From Camelus ferus (lineage: Eukaryota): a stretch of DNA of 64,000 nucleotides. The stretch lies in assembly GCF_009834535.1 (NCBI RefSeq), contig NC_045696.1, positions 47,308,001-47,372,000 on the forward strand, written 5' to 3'. This document shows positions 13,778 through 27,934 of the stretch, one piece after another. The notes beneath the pieces are model-generated. The model made no database searches, was not told where the DNA came from, and saw only the letters and a program-made list of their open reading frames with translations. The translations under genes were made by a program, and so were the position numbers. Numbering within the stretch: the first letter of the stretch is position 1; each line of letters begins with the position of its first letter.

Positions 13778-16024
13778 ATTTAGTGGGCATAATAAAAATT
13801 TTCAATAATTGAATTCCTTTCTTGAAAAATACCATGTATATTATTTTGTTTTGAAATTAATAGCATTGAGAAGAGCGAACTTTATTTTCACTGTTTTTTT
13901 ACACTAATATTACTCACTTTTTCCACCTGGCATTGTGTGATCTGTAAGTATCAGAGCTGACAAGGGTAGCGAATTCATAGGACATCCACCCATACTTTGA
14001 AATGTAAACTTGGCCAATTAGATCCTCTAACTTGGTCAGATGACTTAATTAAGATGAGCATTTGAGTGGATTTAAAAAATAATGTGCCTATATACAGTTT
14101 AGGGAAGTGGTAAGAGAGCTACAAGGTAAATGTTTAAATGAATGATTTCAAAAAATTATAAACGAGAGCTATGCCTACTTAGATGTGAATATGCACAGCT
14201 TTTAAAGGAGGAAAAAACAACTCTTCACAATTTAAAAAAATGTTTCGTTTTATGTAGATAAGAGGAAAAGTGGGAGCTGGGAACTCAGGTAGAGATGGAG
14301 TAAGAAAGATATTTAACCGTTATCAAGATAAGGATGGCAGTACCTTAGTTTTCAACCAGTGAAACAGCCTGCAGATAAAATCATTTTGGTTGGTGGATGA
14401 AGGTGCACTGTAAATTGACACTGAACTTTAGCTTGCCCTATGATCAACCAGCCAGAACCCATAGGTTCCTGCAGAAGAGCAGTTTCTCAGTTGCAGGAAG
14501 GCAAAATAAATGTTTAGTTTCCTGCTGACTGGATAAGTCTATTGAAATGAATACACCAAGGGAAAACAGGTTCACCCTTTCTTCCATGTTAACCCTGATT
14601 TTAAAGGTTTCCTTCAGCCTCTCCTAGAATGGTAAGAACTTTGTATTATTTTAGAAGCACAGTGGCAACGTTTCAGGCTGGCTACTTCCTTTGTGTTGCT
14701 AGGCACTTACGCCTTCCTTCCCAGCAGAGGCTGTCAAGTGCTACTGCTGCTGCTCTTTGCTGGTAGGGTTTGCCACACATCTGCTTAGCTCCTGGGAAAT
14801 GATGGGATTGATGATCCTCTCTCCTGGAAGGCCTTTCATCACAGAGATTTGTATCAGGTTGTATTTTTAAGCAGGCTGAAAAAGAAAGCCATTAGCTCTT
14901 CTTAACCCTTAATTCAGGATACAAGTATCTTCTGATTTATTGGTTAATTTTATACCCTTTTCTTTTCAAAGCTGAACACTGAATAGCTTGGCAGATGCCT
15001 TCTATCCTCTCTACCTTTGTTGCCAGAGGATTGTCCTTCTTTCTTTTCAGCCTCACTGTGATCTGTGCAAACAGCTACTGACTGCAAGAGAGCTTACCAG
15101 AGGGAGAAGTATACATGTCTGAGCTTTTAAATTCTGAAAATGAGGGGATTGTTTTGTCTGGAAAAGTCATACGTTGTATGCTCTGGCTATGAAATGATGC
15201 CTGTTAACTTTTTATTAAAATAACCAGGGAGGTTATAGAAACCATAAAAGAAAAACAGCTTGATCACAATCCTAAAACTCTCAAAGCCATGTCCTTTTCT
15301 ATACAGCTTTATTAAAGAGATGAAGCAGATCTGATTTAGTGTGAAAGAATAACAAGGTTTATCCAACCTCTCTCTGCTTCATTATTGGCTTTTAGGTTTG
15401 TATCTTCCATCGATATTTAAACAGAGAATGCAAATTTAAATAGGTGTATGATTTTGCTTACTGAATTTAAAATAAGTAAAAGTACAAAATAAAATAATGT
15501 ACCTAGGAGAACCAGGTTCTGCATAGGTAAGTTATTTTAATACTGACAGCAAGAAATGTTTTGTTAGGGATGGACAAGAAACTGAGAGGCATTAGGAAGC
15601 TCTGTTTTAAATGAGGGAATTTAGATGGAAGTCTTTTTGTGTGAATCTTTGCATTTTTGTTTTGATTAAGAAGTATCAGCTACCATTGAACTGTTGGAGA
15701 ATTTCTCTTGTTTCTCAAGACTTTCTGTGTAACTTAGAGCTGCTGTGAGTCACATACAGGGTATAGACAGTCTCATAATTAGGAATACCTGTTTTCTTCA
15801 TGATCCCCTCAGGACTTCTTTTAGCCCTTACACCAGGAACTGAGTTGTCCCCTCCCCCATTATTAATGCTTATTTATGACAAGATACTCAGACCTCAAAG
15901 CTTAGGAGGGTCAGGTCCTACAGTTTCTTCTTCCTTCTGTGTGTTGTTGGCTTTTTCTGACTTTCTGGGAGACTCAGTCTCATTTAAAACAATGTTCCTT
16001 TGAGAAAATACAATCTGAATTCTT

Positions 16025-16490
16025 TTTTTTTAACATTTTTGATTTATAATAATTTCACAATGTTGTGTCAAATTCCAGTGTAGAGCACAATTTTTCAGTT
16101 ATACACAAACATATATATATTCATTGTCACATTTTTTTCTCTGTGAGCTACCATAAGATCTTGTATATATTTCCCTGTGCTATACAGTATAATCTTGTTT
16201 ATCTATTCTACATTTTGGAATCCCAGTCTATCCTTTCCCAACCCCCACCCCCTTGGCAACCGCAAGTTTGTATTCTATGTCTATGAGTCTGTTTCTGTTT
16301 TGTATTTATGTTTTATTTGTTTGTTTTTTACTTTAGATTCTACATATGAGTGATCTCATATGATATTTTTCTTTCTCTTTCTGGCTTACTTCACTTAGAA
16401 TGACATTCTCCAGAAGCATCCATGTTGCTGCAAATGGTGTTATGTTGTCTGTTTTTATGGCCGAATAGTATTCCATTGTATAAATATACC
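16025..16490 (-). mobile_element. 5'-truncated LINE-1 of the same young lineage (ORF2 tail plus 3'UTR)
   Basis: Aligns by eye to 35405-35880; TSD acaatctgaattctt (16010-16024) / acaatctgacttctt (16491-16505); TCTT/AA endonuclease site. Confidence 0.93.
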
Positions 16491-17920
16491 ACAATCTGAC
16501 TTCTTAATAGGTGACTTACAATGATCTTGTGGAACATGTTTTTTTGACTTGAGAGTTACCTGTGCTGAATTGCCTTTTAGTAATGGAACTCCAAAAGTTC
16601 TACCGCTCGAATTTTGGGGTATGTTTTAATAATCTTTTAGAGAAACTGGCTACCCAGTTACTGAAATAAATAAACAGTCCAGAGGCAACAGATGAGAACA
16701 TTATCCAGTCTTGTGCTTGGCAGCAAGGTACTCTAAGTCTGTTTTATTTATGCTATTGCTACCACTATCTTTTATTTTTTCTCATTTCTTTCTTTGCCCC
16801 AAAGCACCAAGCAATAGTTTTTACATACATTCACTCTAACACTTCCTGGTCTTATGTACAGAGGGCTCAGAAAAAGAAGTCAGCCTCACTGAAGGCAATG
16901 GAGTCTGATGGCTTGAACTCTCAGTAAAAGAGATCAAATGGGACTAATTTTAGAAGAGTTGGTGTTGGGATAAATAGAAAGCTGTATAATAAATAGATAC
17001 AATGATGATACTCTGTTCCCCTTTTGTTTTCATTTATGTTGCCTTGGTATTTTTTTTGTTTCTTTCAGGAAACATCCACAACATCCATTGATATTTGTAC
17101 TAGAGAATATGCAAGAGTTCTTTGCATCCCACCTCTGTATTTTATGGAGCTAGAAATACAGTTTTAGGAAAAAGCAGTTCAATGTTAGAAATGTTAGAAA
17201 AAGTAGTTAGACTAAAAGAAAACAAAACAATTAGTGCTATCAAGATTGTGTTAAAGAGGTACTTCTTATACCTCTATAGGAAATAAATTATTACAAACCT
17301 TTTGAAAAGTCATTTAGCAATATATACCAGAAGACTTAAAATATTTGTGTATTTTGACCTAGGAATTCTATTTCTGAGAATTTATTATAAGGTGATAATA
17401 ATAAATATAAAAAAGACTTTATGGGCAATGCAGTTTATCACAATACTAATTATTTATAATGAAAAAAATGGGAAACAATCTAAATGTCCAACTATAAGAA
17501 ATAGTCAGGGAAACCCCAGTCAACCAATTGTTATGTAGCCATTGAGAATGTTTACTAGGAGTATAAAATAATGTGAAAAATGTTTTTGATATAGTGTTCA
17601 TTGGTGGAAAAGGTAGAGTATCGCCTATTCAATATGATTACAAATTGATAAAATATATCTGTACTTGGGAAAAATTAAGTGTATTAAAATATAGGCAGTG
17701 ATTTATGTTTCGATTAGGAAGCTATGTGATTTTCATTTTCTTTTATAGCAGATTCAAAATTTTCTTTAATGATCATGTACTGTTTAGATAATGGGGTGAA
17801 AGAATGAAAGCCTCCTACCTTCCTACTAAAAATATTATTTTTCTTGCAGTTTTAAACAGCAGGAGTAAAAGTCAGCCTGCAAACTTTAGAATAAGACTTT
17901 TGCAAAAAACATTGTGCAGC

Positions 17921-17961
17921 ATGGATTCTGTGGATTCTCTACCAGAAGAATTTCTTGTGAG
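17921..17961 (+). CDS. DZIP3: DZIP3 exon 2, coding part (exon starts at 17850)
   Basis: ttcttgcAG acceptor at 17848-17849; agcATGG start; MDSVDSLPEEFLV-R; GAG|GTAAGG donor, phase 2. Confidence 0.92.
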
Positions 17962-18689
17962 GTAAGGGATGGGTTGATAAAAGCCAAATGAATTTGTTGC
18001 ATTCTGAAGACATGACATTTGTCTTTTCCACATAACCTTGGAAAACTAGTGTGAATGTGATACCATTATGTTTCAAGACAATTTAGCATCTTTGATTAGT
18101 GGAGGATGTAGACTGGGTGAAATCTAACTTTGCAAAATTTCTCTAAGGACCACACCCTTGGTAAATAGTTAAGAACTGAAAAATGTACCATAGCTTGCCA
18201 CACTTGGGGCATGCTCAACAAGTAATGTTTTATTTTTTATTTAACAAGCACTTACATAGATTTATTTTTTCTAGGTATTGTTTTAAATGCTGTTAGAAAC
18301 GTTAACTTATATAAACCTCATAACAAGTCTATGAGGTAGATGCTGTTATTATGCCCATTTTATAAGGTAACCTAAGCATAACACAGAAGACTCTACTGCC
18401 TGGCTCAGTTGGGCCTAGGCCAGATGTCAGTCTGACCCCTCCAATTAGGGAAAGTTCAGCCTGCCTATACCTCTCCCATTTAATGTTAAACAGCAGGTTA
18501 GTATTGGAGAAGGAGTTCCCACCTTTAGCTATCTCATATAATAAGCAATGTGTTATATTACAAGCATGTACTGATCTCCTTGGTCTTAGGGAGTAAAGAC
18601 TAAGATAAAATATATATACTTAGGGAGAATTATAATAGGAAAATATATAAAAATTATTTTATCTTTAGGGAAAATGTATGCATAAGTGT

Positions 18690-20200
18690 TAATATTAGAG
18701 ATGCTGTGGCTGTGTATAGGGGGAACAGTAATTATTGACTGGGATTCAATGGATTTCCACAAGGTGACATTTGAACTGAGCTTTAAAGAATAAAGACAGC
18801 TTCTGATGGGTATTGAAGCAGAGCAGATGGGAGGTTGTTTGGCTGAGAAAGCAGCAAGTAAAAGTAAGATAAATTCTTGGGGAGGATTTTGACTCCTGGT
18901 AAGAAATTTAGCTTAATTTTGTGCAGAGCCATTGACATTTTAAGAAAAGAAATGAAATTTTACACTCTTTTGGGAAGACTACCTCTATTGATAGTGGGAA
19001 GGATGACAAGGTATGACACTTGTAATAGTTCAGGAAGAAGCCAATGAAGGCTTGCATTGGTAGGAATAGTAAATAGTAAGAAAGGAGGGATTTATAGAAC
19101 TAGAATCAACAGAATTCTCTGACTGCTTAAATGTGAGAGAAGGGGCAAAGAGAAGTAGAGATGGCCCGAAGGTTTCTCATGACCAGAAGGAACTCTCTAC
19201 TGTTCACTAATATGGGGATCACAAAAGCAGACAGGCTTACTGTGTATTGAGAAAGTAAAAGAGAGGACAGATAATGAATTTAGCTTTGGACGTGAGCAGA
19301 TTGAGGCGCCCCTAAGACATTCTTAACGGAGATTGTTGAATGGGTGGTTGGAAATGTGTAGCTGTAGCATCAAAAAGCAGTTAAGGCTGGAGATACAGAT
19401 TTGGGAATCATTAGAATGAGGTGCTGTTTGAGTTCATGGAAGTTTGCTCACTTATTTGTTTGTTTTTGCATTTAGTCATTTATTCAATAAATATTTGAGT
19501 ACCTACTTTATGTCAGATGTTGGGCTAGATACTTGAAGGTAAAGTAGTGAATAAGAAGCAGGGCCCTGATCCCTATCTGACAGTGTTTATTCGTGGGCAT
19601 AAATGAGATTGATTAAAGAAGAAAATGTAATATGAAAAAAGAATTAAAAATGGAATATTACTATACAATATACTGCATACATTTCAGGTATGTTATAGCA
19701 AAATTTCAGCCTCTCTCAGCAGCAGAATAAAGTACACAGGTGATAAAAGTGGCAGAATAGCAAAAGAAAAATACTAATCTTGCACTTAGTTTTAGCTTTG
19801 CTAGTCCCCAGTGTGTAACTTGAAACAAGTTACATAACCTCTCTGGACATCAGTTTTACCCATCTATAGAATAAAGTGGCTGCCATATATGACTGCTGAT
19901 GTACCTTCCTGTTCTATATTAAATATTATTAAAATAATAAATGAATAAAGTGAGTGAGAAGAAGAGGGATAGCCAGTGGTACAGACTTGAGAAGTGGACA
20001 GCTGGAAGGATGGAAAGACTAGGAGAACCAGCAGCAACAAAGGATGCAGAGGTTACGAAGGAGGGTTGGAGAATATGATGGATAATGTTAAATGATGCAG
20101 AAAGGTCAGGTAGAATCAAAACCTAAGACAAAGCTGTTGGAATAGCAAATAGGATTTCATTAGCAACTTTTATTAGAGCAATTTTAATGTTGGGGAGGAA
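18690..20200. mobile_element. L2 LINE remnants with a nested MIR
   Basis: ggtgacatttgaactgag, ggctggagatacagatttgggaatcatt, cattt..tcaataaatatttgag. Confidence 0.6.
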
Positions 20201-20229
20201 GTGCGGGTTAGTTAAGTTTACACATTGAA

Positions 20230-20372
20230 ATTTGTGGTGGAACCTATAGAAAATATGGAAGCCCATGTCCCCCAATACTGATTAAGAAGCTCTGAATTAG
20301 GGTTTGGACATCTGGATGTTTCCAAAGTTTCACAGGTGGTTTTAATATGCATCTGGGACTGAGAACTACTGG
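20230..20372. mobile_element. MER5-family hAT fragment
   Basis: caggtggttttaatatgcatctgggactgagaactactg terminus. Confidence 0.55.
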
Positions 20373-21509
20373 GTTAAGGAATGAGTGATCATGAAATAGA
20401 ATTAGTAAGTAGAGTATATGCTTTGAGAATGTTTTGTATTTTTTCTCACATCTGGAGAGTGCAGAATACTGCTGCAGTGTTTTTCATTTCTTGATGATAC
20501 AAGTTCCTTGTATTCCTTTTAGGATTGGGGCTTAGAAATAGAAGAAGAGATAGTTAACAGGTTTTTCTTTACCATGACACTTTAAAAAGCAATATTGTGA
20601 AGTATTATTTATGTGTATGAATCATCTTTTGTTGAAACTTTCACCACCTGTCCTAGTTTCCCCTGACAAAATCAGTACTTAGTAGATGATAAATGATTGT
20701 TAAGTGAGTACATAAATGTGAAGTAAAATAGGATAATAGTCAGAAAGTAAAAGTCTAAATAAATAAATCAATTGATGTAAGTTTCTCACCTCATTTTATC
20801 TCTGCTGGTTTATAGAATTAAGAAAATTATATAAATCATACATGACCCTATGTTACGGTTCGTATATTATGAATCCTGTGTCATGGTTCTGTATGTAGGC
20901 AAAAGCAATTTTATAAGTAAATGTTTCAGTTTAATAAATAATACTGCATATGTTCACATTTGAAGCCCATGGCAAAAGCAAAACTTGTCAAGTTACTCCT
21001 TTTCACAAAAATAGTTAATAATTTTTAAACATGATACTTTGCCTCAAATAAAAAAAGTTATTTTGGAAAACTGGAAAATTGTAATGCTAAGAATCTGAAA
21101 CAAAAAAGAAAATGATCTGCGTAAGATAGACCTTTTCCAAACCTTAATTATCTTCATAAACACATATATACATAAAACAAAACATCAACCTTTTCAGTCT
21201 TTTTTTTTTTTTACATTGAAAGAGTGCTATAAAGTTAATTTCCCCCATTATTTTGGTCTATTGTGTGTCTATTAAAGAAGAAAGAATTTTTATTTCAGCT
21301 TTCTGATCTCTCTGCCACCATCCAGTAAAGAGCTTTTCTTTAACTTGAGTCTCTAAAAAATATGATATCTACCACCATTACCAGTCTTTGGTACATATTG
21401 TTTACACTTTTGAAATTTTCAGGCAAAAATTCATGTTATCTTTTTACTACTACAACTTGTATTCTTTGTAAGAAGATGCCCTGAATATACTTTTTCTTCT
21501 TTAAAATAG

Positions 21510-21579
21510 GGATCCTCCTGTGGAGGAACAGGCTATGGAGGAAACCAAGAATAAGGTAGAAAAATCAACTGATCAACTG
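21510..21579 (+). CDS. DZIP3: DZIP3 exon 3
   Basis: AG/GT bounded, 70 nt, (R)DPPVEEQAMEETKNKVEKSTDQL. Confidence 0.92.
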
Positions 21580-24029
21580 GTAAGAGAAAATTTAATTTTC
21601 ATTAACTGTTAGTTAACTAATAATGACTAATGTATGAGAATATAATGCTAAATTTGATCAGTTTAATTACCTGCTAAAAATTTTCCTACCTTAGTGGTTA
21701 TGGTTAAATCTTTCTTTGATAATTAATATTTGTATCTCAAAGTTATCATTCTAAGCACCAGTCTTCACTGTAAGTTAAAATTAGTAGATAATTGAATTGA
21801 TTTGCCCAGAAACATCCTAACAATCAGTTTTAAGAAATCTATTTGTCTTTAAAGCAAAATTCAAACAAAATGAACACTATACACAAAGAAAACATACACA
21901 AATAATTTTAGTAAGAAATTTCACTGAGTTGTTTCTGAATTCTCTTTCCTGTTTTTAATCATCATTGTTTCAGAACCTCCAGTTCTAAATGAATGAGAAT
22001 AACTGAATTATATACTAATATAAGGCTTTTATTGCCAGTGACTATACTTTATGGTAAATTAAAAAAATATACATAACATATTTGGGAATATTACATGTGC
22101 TTAATTTAGTGAAGGATGTTTGAAGAGGTATTTATTTGTTAGATTCTTGTCAGTGCAATTTTTACCCTCCACTTAATTTTGTATAATGGTTGATGTCCAC
22201 TTATTAATAAAGTTTATAAAAGTTATCCAGTAACTTAGGAGAAGAAAATGTAAGGATATAAAATAACCATAGTATTCACCTGCATGAGGTTATCACCATA
22301 AAAAATATTGCAAAGGAAATACAAGATGTGCAAATGTACATGGGGATGTACAGTTGGACCAGGAGGATTAGATCCAGAAAGGACATTTCTAGATACAGAT
22401 TTGGGAATACAGAGGCAGAGGAGGTGATAACTTTGATTTGAATTTGGCTTAGATGCTAAATCTATTTTGCAAAAATGGATTCATCATCAAATATTTTGAC
22501 AACTAACTTAAAAAATTAAAATTGTACTTATAATAAGATAGATTTAACAGGCATGAGGCTTATAATATTTCCTGTAGAAAAATTTTTATTCATGCCGTAA
22601 TCTTGCTTGTGGATCAATTTGGTAATTATTATTAATTTGGTAATTATTATTAAAGGATTCTTCAGTGACTTTTGACTACAAGATTGACCTTTAGTTTGAA
22701 ATATACGCACTATTGACAATGGTCATTCTTTATAAGGGTTGGTTTGGTTATTTGGGGGAAGTTTTTTTTTAACTTACTGAAAAATTTCAAACCTACAGAA
22801 AAGTTGCAAGAATAATATAATGAATACTTAGATACCCTTTACTGAGATTGAACAAACTGTTAACATTTTCTACATTTTTGGATGTAAATATAATTAAGTA
22901 CTACAAAATGTAAGATGTATTTATTAGGTATTATTGGGAATGGAGGACTCTCAATTTAAGACTCAGACTCAGAAGGGGAGATTAGACAGATAGTCCTGCA
23001 GTGGATTTTATTGGTTCCTAGTCACTTTTCTGGATAGTTCCAGGTCTGTTAGAAGCCTTGCAGTTGGAGTCACCCCCCACGAGGGCATTTTCAATGACTC
23101 TGTATGGCCTCTGCAGTAAGAATCTGTCTGTTCTGATATTCAGAGGTCATTAGCAGCATATTCATGTTCCCAAAGTTTCAGAAGAGAATAGGTACCTTGT
23201 TAAGGTTTAAAGGAAAGCCACCATCCATTTCATGCCCTTTATTCATTTCTATTACTTATTGTTCCTCATAACTAATAGAAAATAGAAAATCCAGCAAGAC
23301 TTGACTGTATAGCTATCAGTTAACCGTTAACTATGGCTTTGTAAGTCTATAAGGATCAGTTTCTGAAGTCACAAGATTATCACTGTTTATTCTGACTGAA
23401 TTGAGAGTGTGCATAACTCATTTTATTATACTGCTTTATTTGTAATTTAAAGTATTACAACTCTGTTCATTTTCAAATTGCTGTGTTTAGTAGCTGAAAC
23501 ATTAGTCACATAAAAAGCACTGTTAGATACAGTTTTCATATTATTTTGTAGAATAATCTATGTAATATTTTAAGCTTAGCATTTTTTATGCTTTAAACGG
23601 ACTAATTCAATACATGCTGTGTATTTCTCAAGGGCAACCATTTTTTATGGCTTAACTCACCTTTAAGGCTAAAATCATTCATGTTTCCCATCCCATCACC
23701 ATACATTCCACCACCATACAAAGAAAGGTTTAATTATTTCCACCTTTGAAACTATACTTTGTTTATTACTTTTAAATGCATTTATAATGGCCTTCCCTAT
23801 ATTAAAACTTCTTGAGTTTTGGTCTTAACTTTCTGTCTACGTTGTAAGCTCCTCGAGAGCAGAGAGAATGTCTTATTCTTTTGGGGACTTTCTGTAGTCT
23901 GTCATAGTGATCTATATATAGTGTATAAAGGCGCTTTGTTGTTTTTTTTTTTAAATACTTTGGCTAGTTTTAATATTAGAGTAAATAAGAATATGGATAA
24001 TTGTGTAAATTTTTAATAATGTCTCCTAG

Positions 24030-24185
24030 GACAAACAGGAAAAGGACACATCTGCTGATCTTGTTCCTGTTAACCTACTATTTGAAGTGAAGAAGTTATT
24101 AAATGCAATTAATACTCTACCAAAAGGAGTGGTTCCTCACATCAAGAAGTTCTTGCAAGAAGATTTTTCCTTCCAAACTATGCAG
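24030..24185 (+). CDS. DZIP3: DZIP3 exon 4
   Basis: 156 nt, DKQEKDTSADLVPVNLLFEVKKLLNAINTLPKGVVPHIKKFLQEDFSFQTMQ, AG/GT. Confidence 0.96.
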
Positions 24186-24227
24186 GTACAATCATCATTT
24201 GTTTTTTGGGACAGAAGTACAACCCTC

Positions 24228-25066
24228 TGTCTATGACTGTCTAGGGAAAACACATTGTGTTCCTTTACTCTCACACTGCTACCACACCCATAGCACTTCT
24301 GACACTAGATGTGTGGGTTTAGTTCCATGCCAATCAGTTCTCCAACACTAACTGGGTGTCCTACAAGTCAATTCAATTCCAACACTACCACCTAGAGTTA
24401 ACATCAGATCCCACAAGTTAAGGACCCAGTCCCACAAGACTGCTTGCACTTCAGATGCCAGTCACCAGTCCAGGTTGTCCCAGTACTTCTGACTGACTAG
24501 CTATAAATTGAGGTTCCCATAATCTCTCTTGGTTTCAATAATTTACTAGAACAGCTCACAGAACTTAAGGGAACACTTAATATTTATGTTTACTGCATGA
24601 TGAAGGATATGATAAAGAATACAGCTGAACAGTCAGATGAAGAGATGCATAGGGCAAAGAAGGGTCCTGAGTACAAAAGCTTCTGTCCTTGTGGAGTTGG
24701 GGTACACCACTCTCCTGGCATGTGCATGTGCTCACCAAACTGGAAATTCTCCAAAAACCAGTCCTTTAGGATTTTTATCAAGACTTCATCATGTAAGCAT
24801 GATCAATTATTAATTCAATTTCCAGCTTCTCTCCCCTCTGTTGGGCATGGGGCTGAAAGTTCCAAGCTTCTAATCATGCCTTGGTCTTTCGGTGATCAAC
24901 CCCTAAACAGAAGCCAAAAGAGTCACCTCATTAGAACAAAAAACACTCCTGTTATCCAGGAAATCCCAAGGGTTTTAGGAGCTCTGTGTCAGGAACCAGA
25001 GTCAAAGACCAAATATTGGCAGGAACTAGGGACAGGTCCATATACATATTTCTTATTATTTTACGA
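24228..25066 (-). mobile_element. MER21-family solo LTR (ERVL class)
   Basis: Blocks cacttctgacactagatgtgtggg, agatcccacaagttaaggacccagtcccacaagactg and ggttttaggagctctgtgtcaggaacc resemble recalled MER21. Confidence 0.8.
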
Positions 25067-25160
25067 TGAGTCCTTTTTCTTTTCTTTTCCTTCCTTCCCT
25101 TCTCTCCATTTCTTTCCCTTTCCTCCTCAACTCCTTCACTCCTGCCCCCTCCCCTTCTTC

Positions 25161-25203
25161 CGCTTGCTTGCTTGCTTGCTTGCTTGCTTTCTTTCTTTCT
25201 TTT
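25161..25203 (+). repeat. (CTTG)n-(CTTT)n microsatellite at the end of a polypyrimidine tract (25070-25203)
   Basis: Seen directly. Confidence 0.9.
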
Positions 25204-26029
25204 CATAACAATGTCACTAAGGTCTTGAAATCTCCATCTTACATCTATTGAAGGGTTTTGGTTTCAGCTTTGACTATAGACTTTTATTAATTAAGCAAAT
25301 AAAGTTGTTGCTAGCCTTTCAAGAATAATGGTAGAAATGTGGGTTAGTAGTTTATAAGCTGTTGACTGTAAGGTTTAGTGTTTGTTCTAATTCATAGCCC
25401 ACAATGTGCCCCTGGGAGAGCAGACTGCTTTCAGTTTTCCTAATTTGTAAAATGTTGACAAATTTTTCAAAAATATAAGATATAAAGAAAAATAATAAGA
25501 CTTTTAGATTTTAAATGAGATAAATATTCTAGAGAATGTATTATAGATTTGCTCCACAAATAGTTTTACTAGGTAATAATTTGTGAAACTCAGCACAAGA
25601 TGGGTATCAGTTTATAAATTAATGTAATTTCCCAAAGTTAAAGAAAATGATCTACCCTTTTCTTTGTGACAATTAATTAGGAGGAGGGAGCAGAACACCT
25701 TAGATATCTTGAAAAGGCCACATTTGCCTTTTCTGTGAAATAATATATCATTAATTGTTTCTATGAAACAAATTAATATTATTATGATTAAAAATTCAAA
25801 AAAACCTGAAAATATCAAAGACTTAATATACAATTATAACCTCAACTGAAGTGAATTTATCACAATATGAATTCTGGTTTGAAATTGATGGAATAATGCC
25901 ACTGTTTCCTTCTTTTTTGGAAATCCCTGAGAAACAACAACAAGAAATAGAAATCAGTTTTTTATATATGTATAAATACATATGTGTGTGTGTGTGTGTG
26001 TATACACATACACAGTAGCAAATTAGAAG

Positions 26030-27725
26030 GTAAAAATGTACTAAAAGTATTTTATTTATTATGGCAACAAAAAAGATAAAATACCCAGGGAAACACTTAA
26101 GAAATATATAAGATATAAACAAATGTTTCTCAAAGTTTTTCCAAAGCCACTTACATGAACCCATCTGACCCCATACTAGTTCTAAAGAGTCAAAATCTCT
26201 AGGGGTAGGTCTTTACCGAATACTCTACACCCTAATTTTCTTCACGGTAAGTTTAGAAATCAATACACTATATTAAAACAATAAATAAAAATCTCTAAAA
26301 CTCTGTTGAAGATAAGATATGAAGACCTGAATGGAAAGCAATACATGTAGGAAGACACAATCTGAGAAAGATGTCGATTTTCCTGAAATTGATATTTACA
26401 GATATTACATACTGAACAATAAAAATAACAGAAGGATTTTTTTGTTATTGTTACTAAAAGCTAATTTTAAAGTTCAAATGGGATATTAAAGGAATAATAG
26501 CAAAGAAAATACAGAAGAATATGGAAAGAGTGGCTAGAAATTTGCCCACTTTGATATTAAAACTTACTATGAAGCTCTAATAACTAAAAGATTGTGTCAT
26601 TTGCTCTTGACTCTACAGGCAAGTCTAGAAAATAGAAGAGAAATTCCAGAGGTAGACCCAAATACATACAGAACTTTTACATATAAGATAACAAATTGGT
26701 AATACTGAAGGGGAAATGACAAATCAGCAATTCCAATGGGAGATTTTAACATTGCTCTCTTAAAGAACTGATAGAACATGAACACAAAATTGGTAGAGCT
26801 ATACCAAACTTGATCTGACTAATATGTGTAACACTGCAGTCAACAATGGCAAAATATATATTCTTTTTAAGTGCACATAGAACATTTATAAAAATTGACC
26901 ATATACTAGTTCACAAAGCAAGTCTTACCAGATTTTAAAGAATTAAAAGATGTAGAGTATGTTTTCTAACTACTGTACAATTAATTTAGAAATCAGTTGC
27001 AAATAGATAAACTAGAAAACCATTGTTTCTAAGTTAAGATATATATAGTTAACCCAGGTGTCAAAGAAGAAAGCACACTAGACATTAGATGAATTTTGGA
27101 ACTGAATGAGAAATATATGTGAAAATTTGTGTTATTAGATAAAAGCTGTGCTGCAAGGATTATTTATAGCTTGGAATGCATATAGTAGAAAAAGAAGCAG
27201 TTATCCAAACATAAAATTCAAGAAGTTAAATGAAGAACAGCAAGTTAAAAGTAGAGTAGAAAAAAAGAAGTAATAAAGATAGCAAAACCTAATGAAATAG
27301 AATAAAACAAAATGGAAGAGGTCAGTAAAACCAAAACTTGCCTTTTTTTGAAAAGACCATTAAAATTGATGAATGCTTGATAAGAATGTTCAAAAAAAAC
27401 AGAGGGTAAAAATAACCAAAATCATGAATGAATGTGAAAACATCAATACAATTTCCATAGCCATCTGTTTTGTCTGAAGGGGATTAAGAGGTACAGACTT
27501 ATAGCTATAAGATAAGTAAGTCAAGGGGATGTAATGTACACAAAGGGAATATAATCAATATTGTAACAAGTTTGTATGGTGATGGATAGTAACTGGTCTT
27601 ATTGCAATGATTATTTCATAATGATGTCATAAGAAAAATATCAAATCACTATGTTGTACACCAAAAATATATTATAGGTTAATTATAACTCAATAAAGTT
27701 TTTTAAAATCCATAGTCATCTAAAG
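26030..27725 (+). mobile_element. Ancient L1M ORF2 remnants with a nested younger L1 3' end (27467-27708)
   Basis: ggagattttaac, gaacatttataaaaattgaccatata (EN region); the nested 3'UTR gaaggggattaagaggtac...caataaa is flanked by tccatagccatct / tccatagtcatct. Confidence 0.7.
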
Positions 27726-27934
27726 GGTAATACAGAATTCTGCTACTTGCTGTGGCTGCCTAGGTTGGTTTAGAGCAACCTTCCTTTGAGAAGAACTAGA
27801 AAAACAGGACAGAATCTTTCTTATTAATGCATATTTGTGCTTTTCTGGCATATCACTTAATTCTGCTAGTGATTGAAATGATTCCAAGCTTTACTTCTGT
27901 TTTGTGAAGAAGAGTCTATTTATGATTGACCTTT

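Noticed and set aside
17069..17258. Possible extra DZIP3 5'UTR exon (strong acceptor at 17068, GAG|GTACTT donor)
   Set aside because: Splice-like signals alone are common in AT-rich introns; no transcript evidence available
22616..22651. Perfect 18-bp tandem duplication (similar short ones near 9218, 17180 and 63049)
   Set aside because: Ordinary replication slippage; two units without spacers, not an array
24597..25208. 203-aa ORF
   Set aside because: Lies within the MER21-like LTR and runs into a pyrimidine microsatellite
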